Assembly (NCBI GenBank): GCA_965230295.1
Contig: OZ246001.1
Span: forward strand, 2,208,001 to 2,272,000
Source: Marinicella sp.
Lineage (GTDB): Bacteria > Pseudomonadota > Gammaproteobacteria > Xanthomonadales > Marinicellaceae
DNA length: 64,000 nt
Reading direction: 5' to 3'
The position numbers and the translations under genes were made by a program. This document shows, piece after piece, positions 10,672 to 20,530 of the stretch (within the stretch, counting starts at the first letter, position 1; each line of letters begins with the position of its first letter). Below the pieces are notes generated by a model. The model worked only from the letters and a program-made list of their open reading frames with translations. It did not search any database and was not told the origin of the DNA.

Positions 10672-12771
10672 GTGAAAAAACAAGTAAAACAATTTCAATA
10701 CGGCAATCATACAGTTACATTAGAAACAGGACAAATTGCCAGACAAGCCACCGGTGCCGTTAAAGTATCGATGGGCGACACCATGTTGTTGGTGACTGTG
10801 GTTGGTAAAAAAGAAGCCAAGCCAGATGCCAGTTTCTTTCCATTAACTGTTAACTACCAAGAAAAATTCTATGCTGCAGGCGCCATTCCAGGCGGCTTTT
10901 TCAAGCGTGAAGGCAGACCCACTGAGAAAGAAACTTTGATTTGTCGATTGATTGATCGTCCAATCAGACCCCTGTTTCCTAAAGGCTTTAAAAATGAAGT
11001 CCAGGTGATTGCGACAGTGATGTCATTCAGTAAAGAAATTGATGCTGACATTCCAGCCTTGTTGGGTGCTTCAGCAGCATTGGCTCTTTCAGGCATTCCG
11101 TTTGATGGCCCAATTGGCGCTGCCAGAATTGGTTATGCTGATGGTGAGTATTTGTTGAATCCTTCATTGGAACAACTGGAAACATCAAAATTAGATCTGG
11201 TTGTGGCAGGTACAGATAAAGCCGTGTTGATGGTTGAATCTGAAGCTGACTTACTCAGCGAAGATGTGATGTTAGGTGCGGTAAACTACGGGCATGAGCA
11301 AATGCAAGTGGCCATTGATGCGATCAAAGAGTTCGCTGCAGAACACGGTAAGCCTCGTTGGGACTGGGAAGTTGAGGCCGTCAACGAAGAGTTGCTCAAT
11401 GCCATCAACAGCAACTTTGGTGCTGACATCGAAGCAGCTTTTGCCAATCAAGTGAAAGAAGACCGTTATGCTGCTTTGGATGAAATGCGATCTAAAGTCA
11501 TGGCTCATTTCTGTCCTGAAGACGAAGCAGAGCCTCAACATGACGCCAAAGAAGTGGCTGGTTTGATCAGCAAGTTAGAAAAAGATCATGTGCGCAACAA
11601 AATCATTTCAGGTTCACCTCGAATTGATGGTCGTGATCCCACGCAGGTTCGTCCGATTTCTGTTGAAGTGGGCATCTTGCCCAGGGTTCATGGTTCAGCA
11701 TTGTTTACCCGTGGTGAGACCCAAGCCATTGTGGCCACCACCTTGGGTACTGGACGCGATGCCCAATTGATTGATGGCATCGAAGGCGAGTCAAAAGACG
11801 ACTTCATGTTCCATTATAATTTCCCGCCATTCTGTGTGGGTGAAGCTGGGTTCATGAGTGGTCCTAAGCGACGCGAAATTGGTCATGGTCGATTGGCCAA
11901 GCGTGGTTTGATGGCCGTGGTACCCAATGAAGAAGAATTCCCATATGTGAAGCGCATCGTCTCTGAAATCACTGAATCAAACGGCTCAAGTTCAATGGCA
12001 TCTGTTTGTGGTTCATCATTGTCTATGATGGATGCAGGTATACCATTGAAAGAGCCAGTGGCTGGTATTGCCATGGGCTTGATCAAAGAAGGTGATGATT
12101 TTGCGGTTTTGTCTGACATCTTGGGTGATGAAGATCACTTGGGTGATATGGACTTTAAAGTGGCGGGTACCGAAGGTGCCATCACTGCTTTACAGATGGA
12201 CATCAAAATTCAAGGCATCACCCGTGAAATCATGGAGATTGCTTTGCGTCAAGCGACAGCAGGTCGTCAATTCATCCTGGGAGAAATGAACAAAGTCATT
12301 TCAACGCCACGTGAAGAAATGTCTGCATACGCACCGCGGTTGGAAACCATCAAAGTTAATCCGGACAAGATTCGTGACATCATCGGTAAAGGCGGAGCCA
12401 CCATTCGTGCTTTGACCGAAGAGACCAACACCACCATCGACATCAACGATGACGGCACAGTGACCATTGCTTCGATCAATCAAGAAGATGGTGATTTGGC
12501 CAAAAAACGCATTGAAGATTTGACTGCAGAAGTTGAAGTTGGTGCGACTTACGAAGGTAAAGTGGTTAAGATCATGGACTTTGGTGCCTTTGTTAACTTG
12601 TTGCCAGGCCAAGACGGCATGGTACACATCTCTGAGATTTGTCATGAGCGTGTTGCTAAGGTCACTGACAAAATCAAAGAAGGTGAAACGGTTAAGGTTA
12701 AAGTACTTGAAGTGGATAAACAAGGCCGTGTGCGTTTGTCAATGAAGGCATTGGAACCAAAGCCTGAGTAA
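10672..12771 (+). CDS. pnp: Polyribonucleotide nucleotidyltransferase (PNPase)
   Basis: [31 protein letters not shown]; KH and S1 domains. Confidence 0.99.
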   Translation: MKKQVKQFQYGNHTVTLETGQIARQATGAVKVSMGDTMLLVTVVGKKEAKPDASFFPLTVNYQEKFYAAGAIPGGFFKREGRPTEKETLICRLIDRPIRPLFPKGFKNEVQVIATVMSFSKEIDADIPALLGASAALALSGIPFDGPIGAARIGYADGEYLLNPSLEQLETSKLDLVVAGTDKAVLMVESEADLLSEDVMLGAVNYGHEQMQVAIDAIKEFAAEHGKPRWDWEVEAVNEELLNAINSNFGADIEAAFANQVKEDRYAALDEMRSKVMAHFCPEDEAEPQHDAKEVAGLISKLEKDHVRNKIISGSPRIDGRDPTQVRPISVEVGILPRVHGSALFTRGETQAIVATTLGTGRDAQLIDGIEGESKDDFMFHYNFPPFCVGEAGFMSGPKRREIGHGRLAKRGLMAVVPNEEEFPYVKRIVSEITESNGSSSMASVCGSSLSMMDAGIPLKEPVAGIAMGLIKEGDDFAVLSDILGDEDHLGDMDFKVAGTEGAITALQMDIKIQGITREIMEIALRQATAGRQFILGEMNKVISTPREEMSAYAPRLETIKVNPDKIRDIIGKGGATIRALTEETNTTIDINDDGTVTIASINQEDGDLAKKRIEDLTAEVEVGATYEGKVVKIMDFGAFVNLLPGQDGMVHISEICHERVAKVTDKIKEGETVKVKVLEVDKQGRVRLSMKALEPKPE

Positions 12772-12792
12772 AGCTTAATCAAGTCAGGAATG

Positions 12793-12822
12793 AAAAAGCC
12801 CGCATCAAGCGGGCTTTTTTTT
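12793..12822 (+). terminator. Bidirectional intrinsic terminator after pnp
   Basis: AAAAAGCCCGC-ATCAA-GCGGGCTTTTTTTT. Confidence 0.92.
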
Positions 12823-12897
12823 CGCCAAAATTGCTTAATGGCATCATTCCATGAAAATCAATAAGTTAAAGCACCCAATGTACTGATGAACGGTAAA

Positions 12898-13695
12898 TTA
12901 TCGCTGCTTATTGTATGAAAAAGCTTTCTCGACAATAAACCAGGTGTTATTTTCTTTTAACATGGTAAAAACCGTTACGCTTTGTGAGGTTGGTTTGTCT
13001 ATACGGATGAGTGCAGCACAATCGTATATCAATTGAATGTCTGCAACTTCTCTGGCATCGGCGTAGCCTATGTGCTTATTGGGTGCAAGGCGTTTTTTAA
13101 ATGGCGCATTGCCTTCTGCAACTATCAACTGTTTTTCATGGTTTTTCATTTGCCAGGTGGTATGGTGTACTTGGTCAAGTGGATCAGGGTTATCAACAGC
13201 CATACTTAGGTAATAGGTTTCCAATCTTTTTAAGATTTGCTGATAAGGCAGGTTTGGATTGAAACGTTTTTGCGGTTTGGTACATGTATCATCAAGATAA
13301 ACTTCTGTGGCTACCTTCCATGTATTACCGGTTTTAAAAAGTGTCAACAAATTGGCATTGGTGTTTTCCCAATCATCGAATCTTACAATCGCAAAGTCTT
13401 CAAATAAAATTTGTAGCGAGGTCAGTTTCAACAGATTGGATAAGGTTGGAATCCCTTGCACATCTTTTAAGGAAGTATTCTTGATTCCAGATTCATCAAC
13501 AGATCGCGCAGACCATACCTCGTATACATGATTTTGTAATTGATTTTGTGAGACGGGGTTTTGTCGTATTTCTATATACTTGGTGGCTGCGCGCTGGACT
13601 TGACTGTAATCATTTTGTTTTGAGTCATCCATGCTTAAGACGTTTGATGATGTGAGGAGTAGTAAACAACTGAAAAAGTAAAACTTGACGTTCAT
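12898..13695 (-). CDS. Secreted protein with two tandem NTF2/SnoaL-like (lumazine-binding_2-like) domains
   Basis: Signal peptide; internal duplication ending LLTLFKTGNTWKVATE / VFTMLKENNTWFIVEK; AIVRFD/ALIRID strands. Confidence 0.6.
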   Translation of the reverse strand: MNVKFYFFSCLLLLTSSNVLSMDDSKQNDYSQVQRAATKYIEIRQNPVSQNQLQNHVYEVWSARSVDESGIKNTSLKDVQGIPTLSNLLKLTSLQILFEDFAIVRFDDWENTNANLLTLFKTGNTWKVATEVYLDDTCTKPQKRFNPNLPYQQILKRLETYYLSMAVDNPDPLDQVHHTTWQMKNHEKQLIVAEGNAPFKKRLAPNKHIGYADAREVADIQLIYDCAALIRIDKPTSQSVTVFTMLKENNTWFIVEKAFSYNKQR

Positions 13696-13917
13696 AAAGT
13701 GAGTATATCAATGGAGTACACACCATTATAAAAACCCAACATGAAAATAATTATCATAATAGCGCAATACAATGATAAAAATAATTGTCATCAGGTTTGA
13801 TTGTGTGAAATATTCTCCTATACTGGTATTATTACAGTAAATATTCTGAGATTTTGGTGTTGTTGTGTAGCCTGAATTCAAGCTGCTCAGCAGCTTTCCA
13901 ATGATAAATTTAAATGA

Positions 13918-14376
13918 ATGAGTATGGATAAAATAGATAGAAACATTTTGAGGATTTTGCAATCTGATTGTAAAAAAAGTCTTGAAGATATATCGCAAGA
14001 ATGTGGAAGGTCTGTTCCTTCAATACAAAAAAGAGTTCAAAAGCTCAGAGAGGCCAAAATAATTGCTAAGGAAGTCGCCATTATTTCTCAAGATTCTGTT
14101 GGGTTAGGAATGACTTTCATTATTATGGTAGAGCTGGAACGTGAAAACTTGCAAGATCTTGAAGTATTTAAAAGGAAAATACAAAAAGAAGAGAATGTGC
14201 AACAAAGCTATTATGTAACTGGCGAAGCTGATTTTGTGTTAATTTGCACGGCAAAAAACATGGAAGATTTTGAAGAGTTAACCAATCGCCTTTTCTTTAA
14301 TGATAAAAATGTCCGTAAATTCAGAACGTCTGTGGTTATGAAAAGAGTCAAACATGGTCTCACATTGCCGATATGA
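13918..14376 (+). CDS. Lrp/AsnC family transcriptional regulator
   Basis: MDKIDRNILRILQ HTH, YYVTGEADFVL, VRKFRTSVVM. Confidence 0.93.
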   Translation: MSMDKIDRNILRILQSDCKKSLEDISQECGRSVPSIQKRVQKLREAKIIAKEVAIISQDSVGLGMTFIIMVELERENLQDLEVFKRKIQKEENVQQSYYVTGEADFVLICTAKNMEDFEELTNRLFFNDKNVRKFRTSVVMKRVKHGLTLPI

Positions 14377-14429
14377 AGAATAATATGAACGGACAGAAGC
14401 CTGTCATGCTCTGATGAGCTTTTAATTCA

Positions 14430-14464
14430 GCTTAAAACACTTTCATTACTGAAGTGTTTTAAGC
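14430..14464. terminator. Long inverted repeat between convergent genes
   Basis: GCTTAAAACACTT...AAGTGTTTTAAGC, 13 bp perfect arms. Confidence 0.65.
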
Positions 14465-14505
14465 CATTGGTGATTTTGGATTTGTGTTTTTGATTAATTT
14501 AAGCT

Positions 14506-14982
14506 TTACAGTTTTCGCCCCAGCCGTTTTTCAATCTGTTTCTTTTCCCATTCACTGTCGAATAAGGAAAACCAGTCAAAAGTGTAAACAGCATGTAATG
14601 ACAAGCCCAGGCCCCAACCCAGTAGCACCCAAAGAAACCATAAGTATCCCGGGCTGGAAATGAGGTTTAACAAAATGAGGAATATGTTGATCACAACAAA
14701 AGTCATGGCATGCATGTAAAAACTCTTCAGCTCTTGGACATATTCCATGGCTTCGGTTTCTTCTTGGGTGATCAATTGGTTGTCATTTTCATGTTTCATG
14801 GCTATCTCCGGGTTTAAGTCTTTGACATCAACTTCAAAAACAGCAGCAATAGATTTATAAGACTCAAGATTTGCGGATTTGCCTCGTTCAATGCGTTGAA
14901 TGGTGCGTATACTGAGGCCGCTGAATTCAGCCAGTTGTTCTTGCGACCAGCTGCGTTGTAATCTGAGTTTTTTCACAATCAT
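14506..14982 (-). CDS. XRE-type HTH + 2TM domain membrane-anchored regulator
   Basis: LRLQRSWSQEQLAEFSGLSIRTIQRIE HTH; C-terminal 2TM signature (FYMH..WFLWVLLGWGLGLSLHA..WEKKQIEK); start placed at ATG 14982. Confidence 0.88.
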   Translation of the reverse strand: MIVKKLRLQRSWSQEQLAEFSGLSIRTIQRIERGKSANLESYKSIAAVFEVDVKDLNPEIAMKHENDNQLITQEETEAMEYVQELKSFYMHAMTFVVINIFLILLNLISSPGYLWFLWVLLGWGLGLSLHAVYTFDWFSLFDSEWEKKQIEKRLGRKL

Positions 14983-15039
14983 CGGTGTTTCCGTAAGTTT
15001 ACTTTGATAGCTATTATCCTGATTATGCACCAAAATATA

Positions 15040-15090
15040 ATGACTGTCATATGACTTTCATATGACATGACACTATATGACAGCTGTTAC
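15040..15090. repeat. Tandem ATGAC/GTCAT boxes, probable operator array
   Basis: ATGACTGTCAT (15040), ATGACTTTCAT (15051), ATGACATGACA (15062), ATGACAG (15077); 11-nt spacing of the first three. Confidence 0.6.
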
Positions 15091-15171
15091 ATGGGGTCAG
15101 ATTTATGCTGTCATAGGCCAGTGTCTGTTGATTTGAAGTTTGGAATAACTGTCTCTAAATGTCAAAAAGTT

Positions 15172-16521
15172 TCAGATGGAGTCTGGCGACCACCCCAACT
15201 TTTTGGCCAGTTTTTGGGCCTTGTTTCGATGCTTCTTGGCCATCTTTTCATTGTTTTGCCGGGCATAAATTAATGCAGATACTTGATACCATTTGACAGA
15301 TTTTTTTCGTTGGTCAGATTGTTTTTCAAGGTAATGTCTGGCAAGGATCAACTGAGACGAATCTTGATCATCTTGTGTGGCTAAATACTCGGCATAGTCA
15401 ATTTGTGAGTCGGCATCACCTTGATCGGCAGCCTGCTTTAACCAGGTTATGGTCGGTTGATCGGTGTTGTTCAGGTGGTTATTCCTGGCCAATAATTGGT
15501 AGGCTTTTCTGGCTGATTTGGCATGTCCTTGCTGTGCTGCATAAACGATCCAATCAACCCCTTTTTGTTTTTCGATTTTGCACCCAATCCCGCGCATGAT
15601 GTTTTTTCCTAACTGGAATTGGGCTTCAATGTGTCCATTTTGTGCCGCTTTCAACCACCAATGATTGACTTCTTCTCTGGGCATCTTATTGTCTTTGTTG
15701 ATGATGTTGGAACTGGCGGCCAAGCCATATAAGTATTGTGATTCGGCATGTCCCTGCTTAGCCAGTGATTCCAACTGATTCAAACGTTCATCGTAAAATT
15801 TTCTGAGTTTGCCGGGAATGGCGAGGTTTTCCAATGTGAACTCGATGGTTTGGCGAGCATAGGCCACAAATGGTGCTGTACCTGGATCATATTGAACATC
15901 AAACTCAAATTTTTCAACCGCATCAATGGCCGCTTGTTCAAAAGTGTTCTCTGGGTAGGCGTCCATGACATAAGCATGCCTGGCTGTGCCATCTGGGTGG
16001 ACTTCAAAGCCGACGGTCACCCAACCCTGGATGCTTTTGTTAAGGGCCTCTTTAGGATAACGAGGGCCTTTTCTCTTCAAAGGTATGATCTTAAAAGGTG
16101 GTTTTTTTGATGATTTTTTATCAGTTGGCTGATAGGTGATGGGTGAAAGGGTGCTGTAAATTTCTGCATCGCCATACCGCTGATCCAAAGTTGCGAATTG
16201 GGCTTCTGCTGCCAGTAAGTTGGATTCGTCTAAAGTTTTTTCAATGGTCTTAACCAACTGCTGGTATTCAGGATTCTCGGGGTTGAGTGCCAACTTGGCC
16301 CATGCATAAGCTGTGATTGCATCAGCCTTCACATACTGGCCTTTGAGGTACATGACAGCTAAATTGAATTGGGCCCGCTTATTGCCAATGCGTGCCAACT
16401 GATCGTATATGGCAAAAGCCTCTGAAAATTTTTGGTTGTGATAAGCTTCGGTGGCTGTATTGAAATCGGCCATGGCTGGAAGTTTTATGGCTATTAACAA
16501 ACAGATAAACAAGACTTTCAT
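15172..16521 (-). CDS. Sel1-repeat / TonB C-terminal domain fusion protein
   Basis: Signal peptide; Sel1 repeats (AQFNLAVMYLKG, AQFQLG, AAQQGH) flank a TonB_C domain (PRYPKEAL..IQGWVTVGFEVHPDG..FEQAAIDAVEK). Confidence 0.85.
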   Translation of the reverse strand: MKVLFICLLIAIKLPAMADFNTATEAYHNQKFSEAFAIYDQLARIGNKRAQFNLAVMYLKGQYVKADAITAYAWAKLALNPENPEYQQLVKTIEKTLDESNLLAAEAQFATLDQRYGDAEIYSTLSPITYQPTDKKSSKKPPFKIIPLKRKGPRYPKEALNKSIQGWVTVGFEVHPDGTARHAYVMDAYPENTFEQAAIDAVEKFEFDVQYDPGTAPFVAYARQTIEFTLENLAIPGKLRKFYDERLNQLESLAKQGHAESQYLYGLAASSNIINKDNKMPREEVNHWWLKAAQNGHIEAQFQLGKNIMRGIGCKIEKQKGVDWIVYAAQQGHAKSARKAYQLLARNNHLNNTDQPTITWLKQAADQGDADSQIDYAEYLATQDDQDSSQLILARHYLEKQSDQRKKSVKWYQVSALIYARQNNEKMAKKHRNKAQKLAKKLGWSPDSI

Positions 16522-16653
16522 GTATAAATTCCTTTTTAAATGGCCTGCCAGTATAGCAAAATCTCACTGGGTTTGAATGCATAAAGACTCAATTTTCACT
16601 GAATGTTGATATAATGCAGATCAGCTTTAATAAACAATAATAACTCATCAAAC

Positions 16654-16962
16654 ATGAATAAAGACCACATCGTATTCACCCCACTACGGATTGCCCTGAT
16701 CACCGCCATCATCATTGCCAATTGTTTGGCCGTCATCAGTAAATCATTTGCTGCTCAGCCTTGGGCTCATCCTTTAGGGATTTTTGCTGTGGTGTTTATC
16801 ATGTTGTTTGTGTTTGTCATTTTGCTGGAAATTGTGTGGTTACATCACCGGGCCAAGCCCCTTACCGAACCTTCATTGGTTGCTAAATACCGCCAAGCGA
16901 AATTCATTTACGGCCTGTTATTTGTCTCAGGATTTATCTTGGCTGCCTGGGTATTGTTGTAA
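16654..16962 (+). CDS. Small 3-TM membrane protein
   Basis: Three hydrophobic segments, own intergenic promoter space. Confidence 0.65.
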   Translation: MNKDHIVFTPLRIALITAIIIANCLAVISKSFAAQPWAHPLGIFAVVFIMLFVFVILLEIVWLHHRAKPLTEPSLVAKYRQAKFIYGLLFVSGFILAAWVLL

Positions 16963-17049
16963 TCAAAAGGTTGCATTTTTAACATTCTTTTTCATGCAGC
17001 ACCCAAGCAATCAGGTAAACTGTCAGGTACTTCAGGAACAGGAATTATC

Positions 17050-17853
17050 ATGAGAGTGCTTCAAATATTTATTTTGGTTGCCTTGTTGGCATCCTGTGCC
17101 ACTACGCCCAGTGGGGACAAAAGGTTGATTTTGGTGAGTCCTCAACAAATGAGCCAAATGGGCGCCACCACTTTTCAGCAAATGAAAACTTCACAAACAA
17201 TTACCCGCAACAACCAGCAGCGTGATTATGTGGAATGTGTGTCTTATGCCATCATCAATGCCTTACCTGATCAATGGCGCCAAATGCCTTGGGAAGTGGT
17301 GGTGTTTGAGGATGAAAGTGCCAATGCATTTGCTTTGCCAGGTGGAAAAATTGGTGTGCACACCGGCTTGTTAACAGTGGCTGAAAACCAAAACCAATTG
17401 GCCGCAGTCATTGGCCATGAAATCGCTCATGTGTTATGGCGCCATGGGGCTCAGCGCGTGTCGGTACAGTTGTTGGCACAAACCGGTTTACAGGTGGCTG
17501 ATATTGTCAGTAAACAAAAGGTCAAAGGCTCCAGAGAGCGACAAATGTTGATGGCAAGCTTGGGTATGGGAGCACAGGTTGGGGTGATGCTGCCTTTCTC
17601 CAGAGGTCATGAAAAGGAAGCGGATCGATTTGGCTTACACTTTATGGCCCAGGCTGGATTTGATCCAACTGAAAGTATCAAGTTGTGGCAAAACATGGAC
17701 CGGGCATCTGGCGGTAAGCGACCACCGGAATTTTTATCTACCCACCCGGAGCCAAAGAACCGCATCGCCAAATTAACCAAGTTTATGGGTAAAGCGTTAA
17801 CTTATGAAGCAGAGGCCAAACAAAAAGGCTTGAACCCCAGCTGTGAAAACTGA
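17050..17853 (+). CDS. M48 family metallopeptidase lipoprotein
   Basis: Lipobox LASC; NAFALPGGK, HEIAH, SRGHEKEAD, FLSTHP. Confidence 0.93.
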   Translation: MRVLQIFILVALLASCATTPSGDKRLILVSPQQMSQMGATTFQQMKTSQTITRNNQQRDYVECVSYAIINALPDQWRQMPWEVVVFEDESANAFALPGGKIGVHTGLLTVAENQNQLAAVIGHEIAHVLWRHGAQRVSVQLLAQTGLQVADIVSKQKVKGSRERQMLMASLGMGAQVGVMLPFSRGHEKEADRFGLHFMAQAGFDPTESIKLWQNMDRASGGKRPPEFLSTHPEPKNRIAKLTKFMGKALTYEAEAKQKGLNPSCEN

Positions 17854-17859
17854 GACCCC

Positions 17860-17879
17860 AGGGCCTGTTAACAGGCCCT
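17860..17879. terminator. Perfect 20 bp palindrome between convergent genes
   Basis: AGGGCCTGTTAACAGGCCCT. Confidence 0.65.
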
Positions 17880-17897
17880 AAGTTACAGGATTGGCCA

Positions 17898-20465
17898 TCA
17901 TTGCGGTTGGGCAAAATTTTGAATTTGTTCCAATTGCAATAAGGTATTGTGGATCATTGATTCGACTTGTTCTGTCTCATTCCAAATCTCATCATGTCGT
18001 GCAAAGTTTTCATCACCTTGTAGCATCATATCAACCACATTGGATTGCTGCTGAAATGACTGACGAAAGAATGTCATATCGACCAATCGATCTTGCCCAT
18101 TCAATGCGGTTCTGATGGCTGGATTATTGGCATACAGTTGTGGATACAGCCCTGTAGTCATGTGTGTCAATAACCTTCGGTGGGTCAAGAACTCAAAGGC
18201 CGCTTTTGACAAGGCAGAATCATTGGTCCTGGATGAATTGTTGGCAATTAACTTGCGGTATATTTGTTGTTGTAGGTCATTGACATGGCCTAAGAAGGCA
18301 TCATTCAGGGTAACCTTCAATTCATTCATTTCATTGAAAAAACTGAAACCGGTTTCATCATTACTCAATTGGTTTTGCCAGCCATTCCAATTACTCCGCA
18401 TGACAGCATTGATGTCAATTTTCTGAGCGGTCAAGAAGGTCAGTCTGTTGGGTAAAAGCCCATAAGTCCCCCGATCCAAAGTGGTGTTGATTTGTTTACC
18501 TACAATGGGCAAAGGACAATTTAAATCTAAGGTTTCTTGGTTGTTTTCTCCAAACAGATAGATGTGTCGCTGTTCACTGAGTAGCGACTTGGTGAATACG
18601 GTTTCGCTTTCGAATTTTCCATTCAATTGTAGGTGTAACTGGCCTTCGAAATTGGCTATTTTGTTGTTGTCTAAATGGGTTGGTGTGGCTTTTCGATTTT
18701 GCCACTGGACTTGGTCATAACATATTTCAAGTTCACCCAAACCAAATTGTTCTGCCAATATTAAATGGTTCGGGAACAGTTTCAGTAATTCGTTACTGGG
18801 TTCCAAGGTGGCAAAAGCACCACAGGACAAGGTTACATCACAGGGCTTAATGACGAAATTCTCAGGGATGTAGTTGGTTTGTTGGTCTATCGATTGGAAC
18901 AAATCGACATCGCTGTTTGGTCTAAGTTCAGTACTGGTATATTGATTGACATGACTGACAATTTCTTGTTTCAGCTTTTCCCATTTGGTTTTCAATAATT
19001 CAAACTGTGTGGCCAGCGGTTGAGCTTGATTCACACAATCTGGAAAAGTGTGTAGCTGTCTACCTATGTTAAGTAATCGTGCCACTTGATCAGTCTGGTG
19101 TTTATCTGCCATCAAACCAGGCCAGCGGTCATGGAACCAACCCACAGTCTCGGCAGCCATCAGCCATTCCACCCAATTACTTTTTACTGTCAGTTGTTGT
19201 TGACAGCTGATTTCATCAGCTGCTTGCATACTCAGATTATTGATGATTTGTACACTGGGTAAATCCAAAGCACGGTTGATGCTGTTGGCGTTGTCTAATT
19301 TGATCAAGTTGCCTGAGAGATTACCACTGCTGGCTGTTGTTGTACCCCATTCCATAAAATCAGCAAAACAACTGTCAAACTGACTCATGGCAATGGGTAC
19401 GGGTGGTTCTGGGCTTTGTTTGACGCTTAAGTTGAGACAGACTTCTAAGTTTTCTTGAATGGTGGTTCTTAACGGGTGGGCAAAATAAGTGGCAGGGTTA
19501 GTAATCCCCGTGATCATGGAAAAGATTTTTCGGTTCAGATTGGTATTGCGGTGGTCTGGGTTCTTGAATTTATTGGGCAATTCGAGCCATAACTCTTGAA
19601 GTAAGGCGAATAACTGATTATCCATCATTTGAATGGTGGGTTCTTGCTCAATCCAAAATCCAGAGGCAACTTCTATCAACCGCGACAGTTGTTGCTGTTC
19701 TGTGGCAGTCAGTAAATCTGGACTCAATTCAATCAACTGATACAGTTCAATCCAATCATAGGCGAATGCCAGTGGTTGCTGTTGTTCACGGTGGTAATTT
19801 TGGCGCAGTAAGGCCACAGCTTTGGGGTCAAAAAACTGCACGGTTTTCGCCAGTTGATTCAGGTTTCGGGTATCAAATGATGATGCATTGTGTAACCGAT
19901 CAAGTACCACCGGAAAGGCCAGGTCTGTGATTCGGTTTGCTTCAGTGTGACTTTCTTCATCCTCTGTTTTGCTCAACCAGGGTAGCCATTCTGACATGTT
20001 GTTCTGCTTTCCTTGAACCAGAATATGGCGCCAGTGGTGATCTAAATTAAGCCAGGTGTTAAAAGCCTGGGCATTGACATAGGGATCATGTAACAAGGGG
20101 GTGTTGGATGAAAGGGGCAAATCTGCCTGACGCCAACGATTCAAAGTCATGCCATTGGTGTATTGAATCAATGTTTGAGCCATCAATGCATGGGTGTTAA
20201 TTTGAGTGAAAGTCGGTGGTTCAGCCACCTCAGTCTCTAAGGCTTGTTGCCATTGTTGTTGAAGTTGTTCAGTTGAAGCAAATGACTGTGAAAGTTGCTG
20301 AGCTATTTGGGTTAAATACACGGCTTTAGCTACACCATACTCGTCACGCAAGAAATCAGCCATGGCTGCAGCATCGGCTAACTTTACAGTTTCTGTTTCA
20401 TTGGTTTGGGCTTGGGCGTTCAGCAAGCAAACCACCAAGCACAGACAGGTCATGAATTTTTTCAT
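17898..20465 (-). CDS. Large secreted hypothetical protein (855 aa)
   Basis: Long ORF, Sec signal with AQA cleavage site, multiple Cys in the C-terminal half; no family recognised. Confidence 0.8.
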   Translation of the reverse strand: MKKFMTCLCLVVCLLNAQAQTNETETVKLADAAAMADFLRDEYGVAKAVYLTQIAQQLSQSFASTEQLQQQWQQALETEVAEPPTFTQINTHALMAQTLIQYTNGMTLNRWRQADLPLSSNTPLLHDPYVNAQAFNTWLNLDHHWRHILVQGKQNNMSEWLPWLSKTEDEESHTEANRITDLAFPVVLDRLHNASSFDTRNLNQLAKTVQFFDPKAVALLRQNYHREQQQPLAFAYDWIELYQLIELSPDLLTATEQQQLSRLIEVASGFWIEQEPTIQMMDNQLFALLQELWLELPNKFKNPDHRNTNLNRKIFSMITGITNPATYFAHPLRTTIQENLEVCLNLSVKQSPEPPVPIAMSQFDSCFADFMEWGTTTASSGNLSGNLIKLDNANSINRALDLPSVQIINNLSMQAADEISCQQQLTVKSNWVEWLMAAETVGWFHDRWPGLMADKHQTDQVARLLNIGRQLHTFPDCVNQAQPLATQFELLKTKWEKLKQEIVSHVNQYTSTELRPNSDVDLFQSIDQQTNYIPENFVIKPCDVTLSCGAFATLEPSNELLKLFPNHLILAEQFGLGELEICYDQVQWQNRKATPTHLDNNKIANFEGQLHLQLNGKFESETVFTKSLLSEQRHIYLFGENNQETLDLNCPLPIVGKQINTTLDRGTYGLLPNRLTFLTAQKIDINAVMRSNWNGWQNQLSNDETGFSFFNEMNELKVTLNDAFLGHVNDLQQQIYRKLIANNSSRTNDSALSKAAFEFLTHRRLLTHMTTGLYPQLYANNPAIRTALNGQDRLVDMTFFRQSFQQQSNVVDMMLQGDENFARHDEIWNETEQVESMIHNTLLQLEQIQNFAQPQ

Positions 20466-20530
20466 TTGCTCATTGTATCAAAGTGCATGCATTTGCCAAG
20501 CCATGTTTCATTGAGAGGTTGTGATTTTAT

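Noticed and set aside
13726-13998. 90-aa minus-strand ORF in the AT-rich islet
   Set aside because: Overlaps the Lrp start and the divergent promoter region; low-complexity AT-driven composition
15067-15273. 68-aa ORF over the ATGAC repeats
   Set aside because: ATG arises from the repeat itself; overlaps the Sel1-TonB gene antisense
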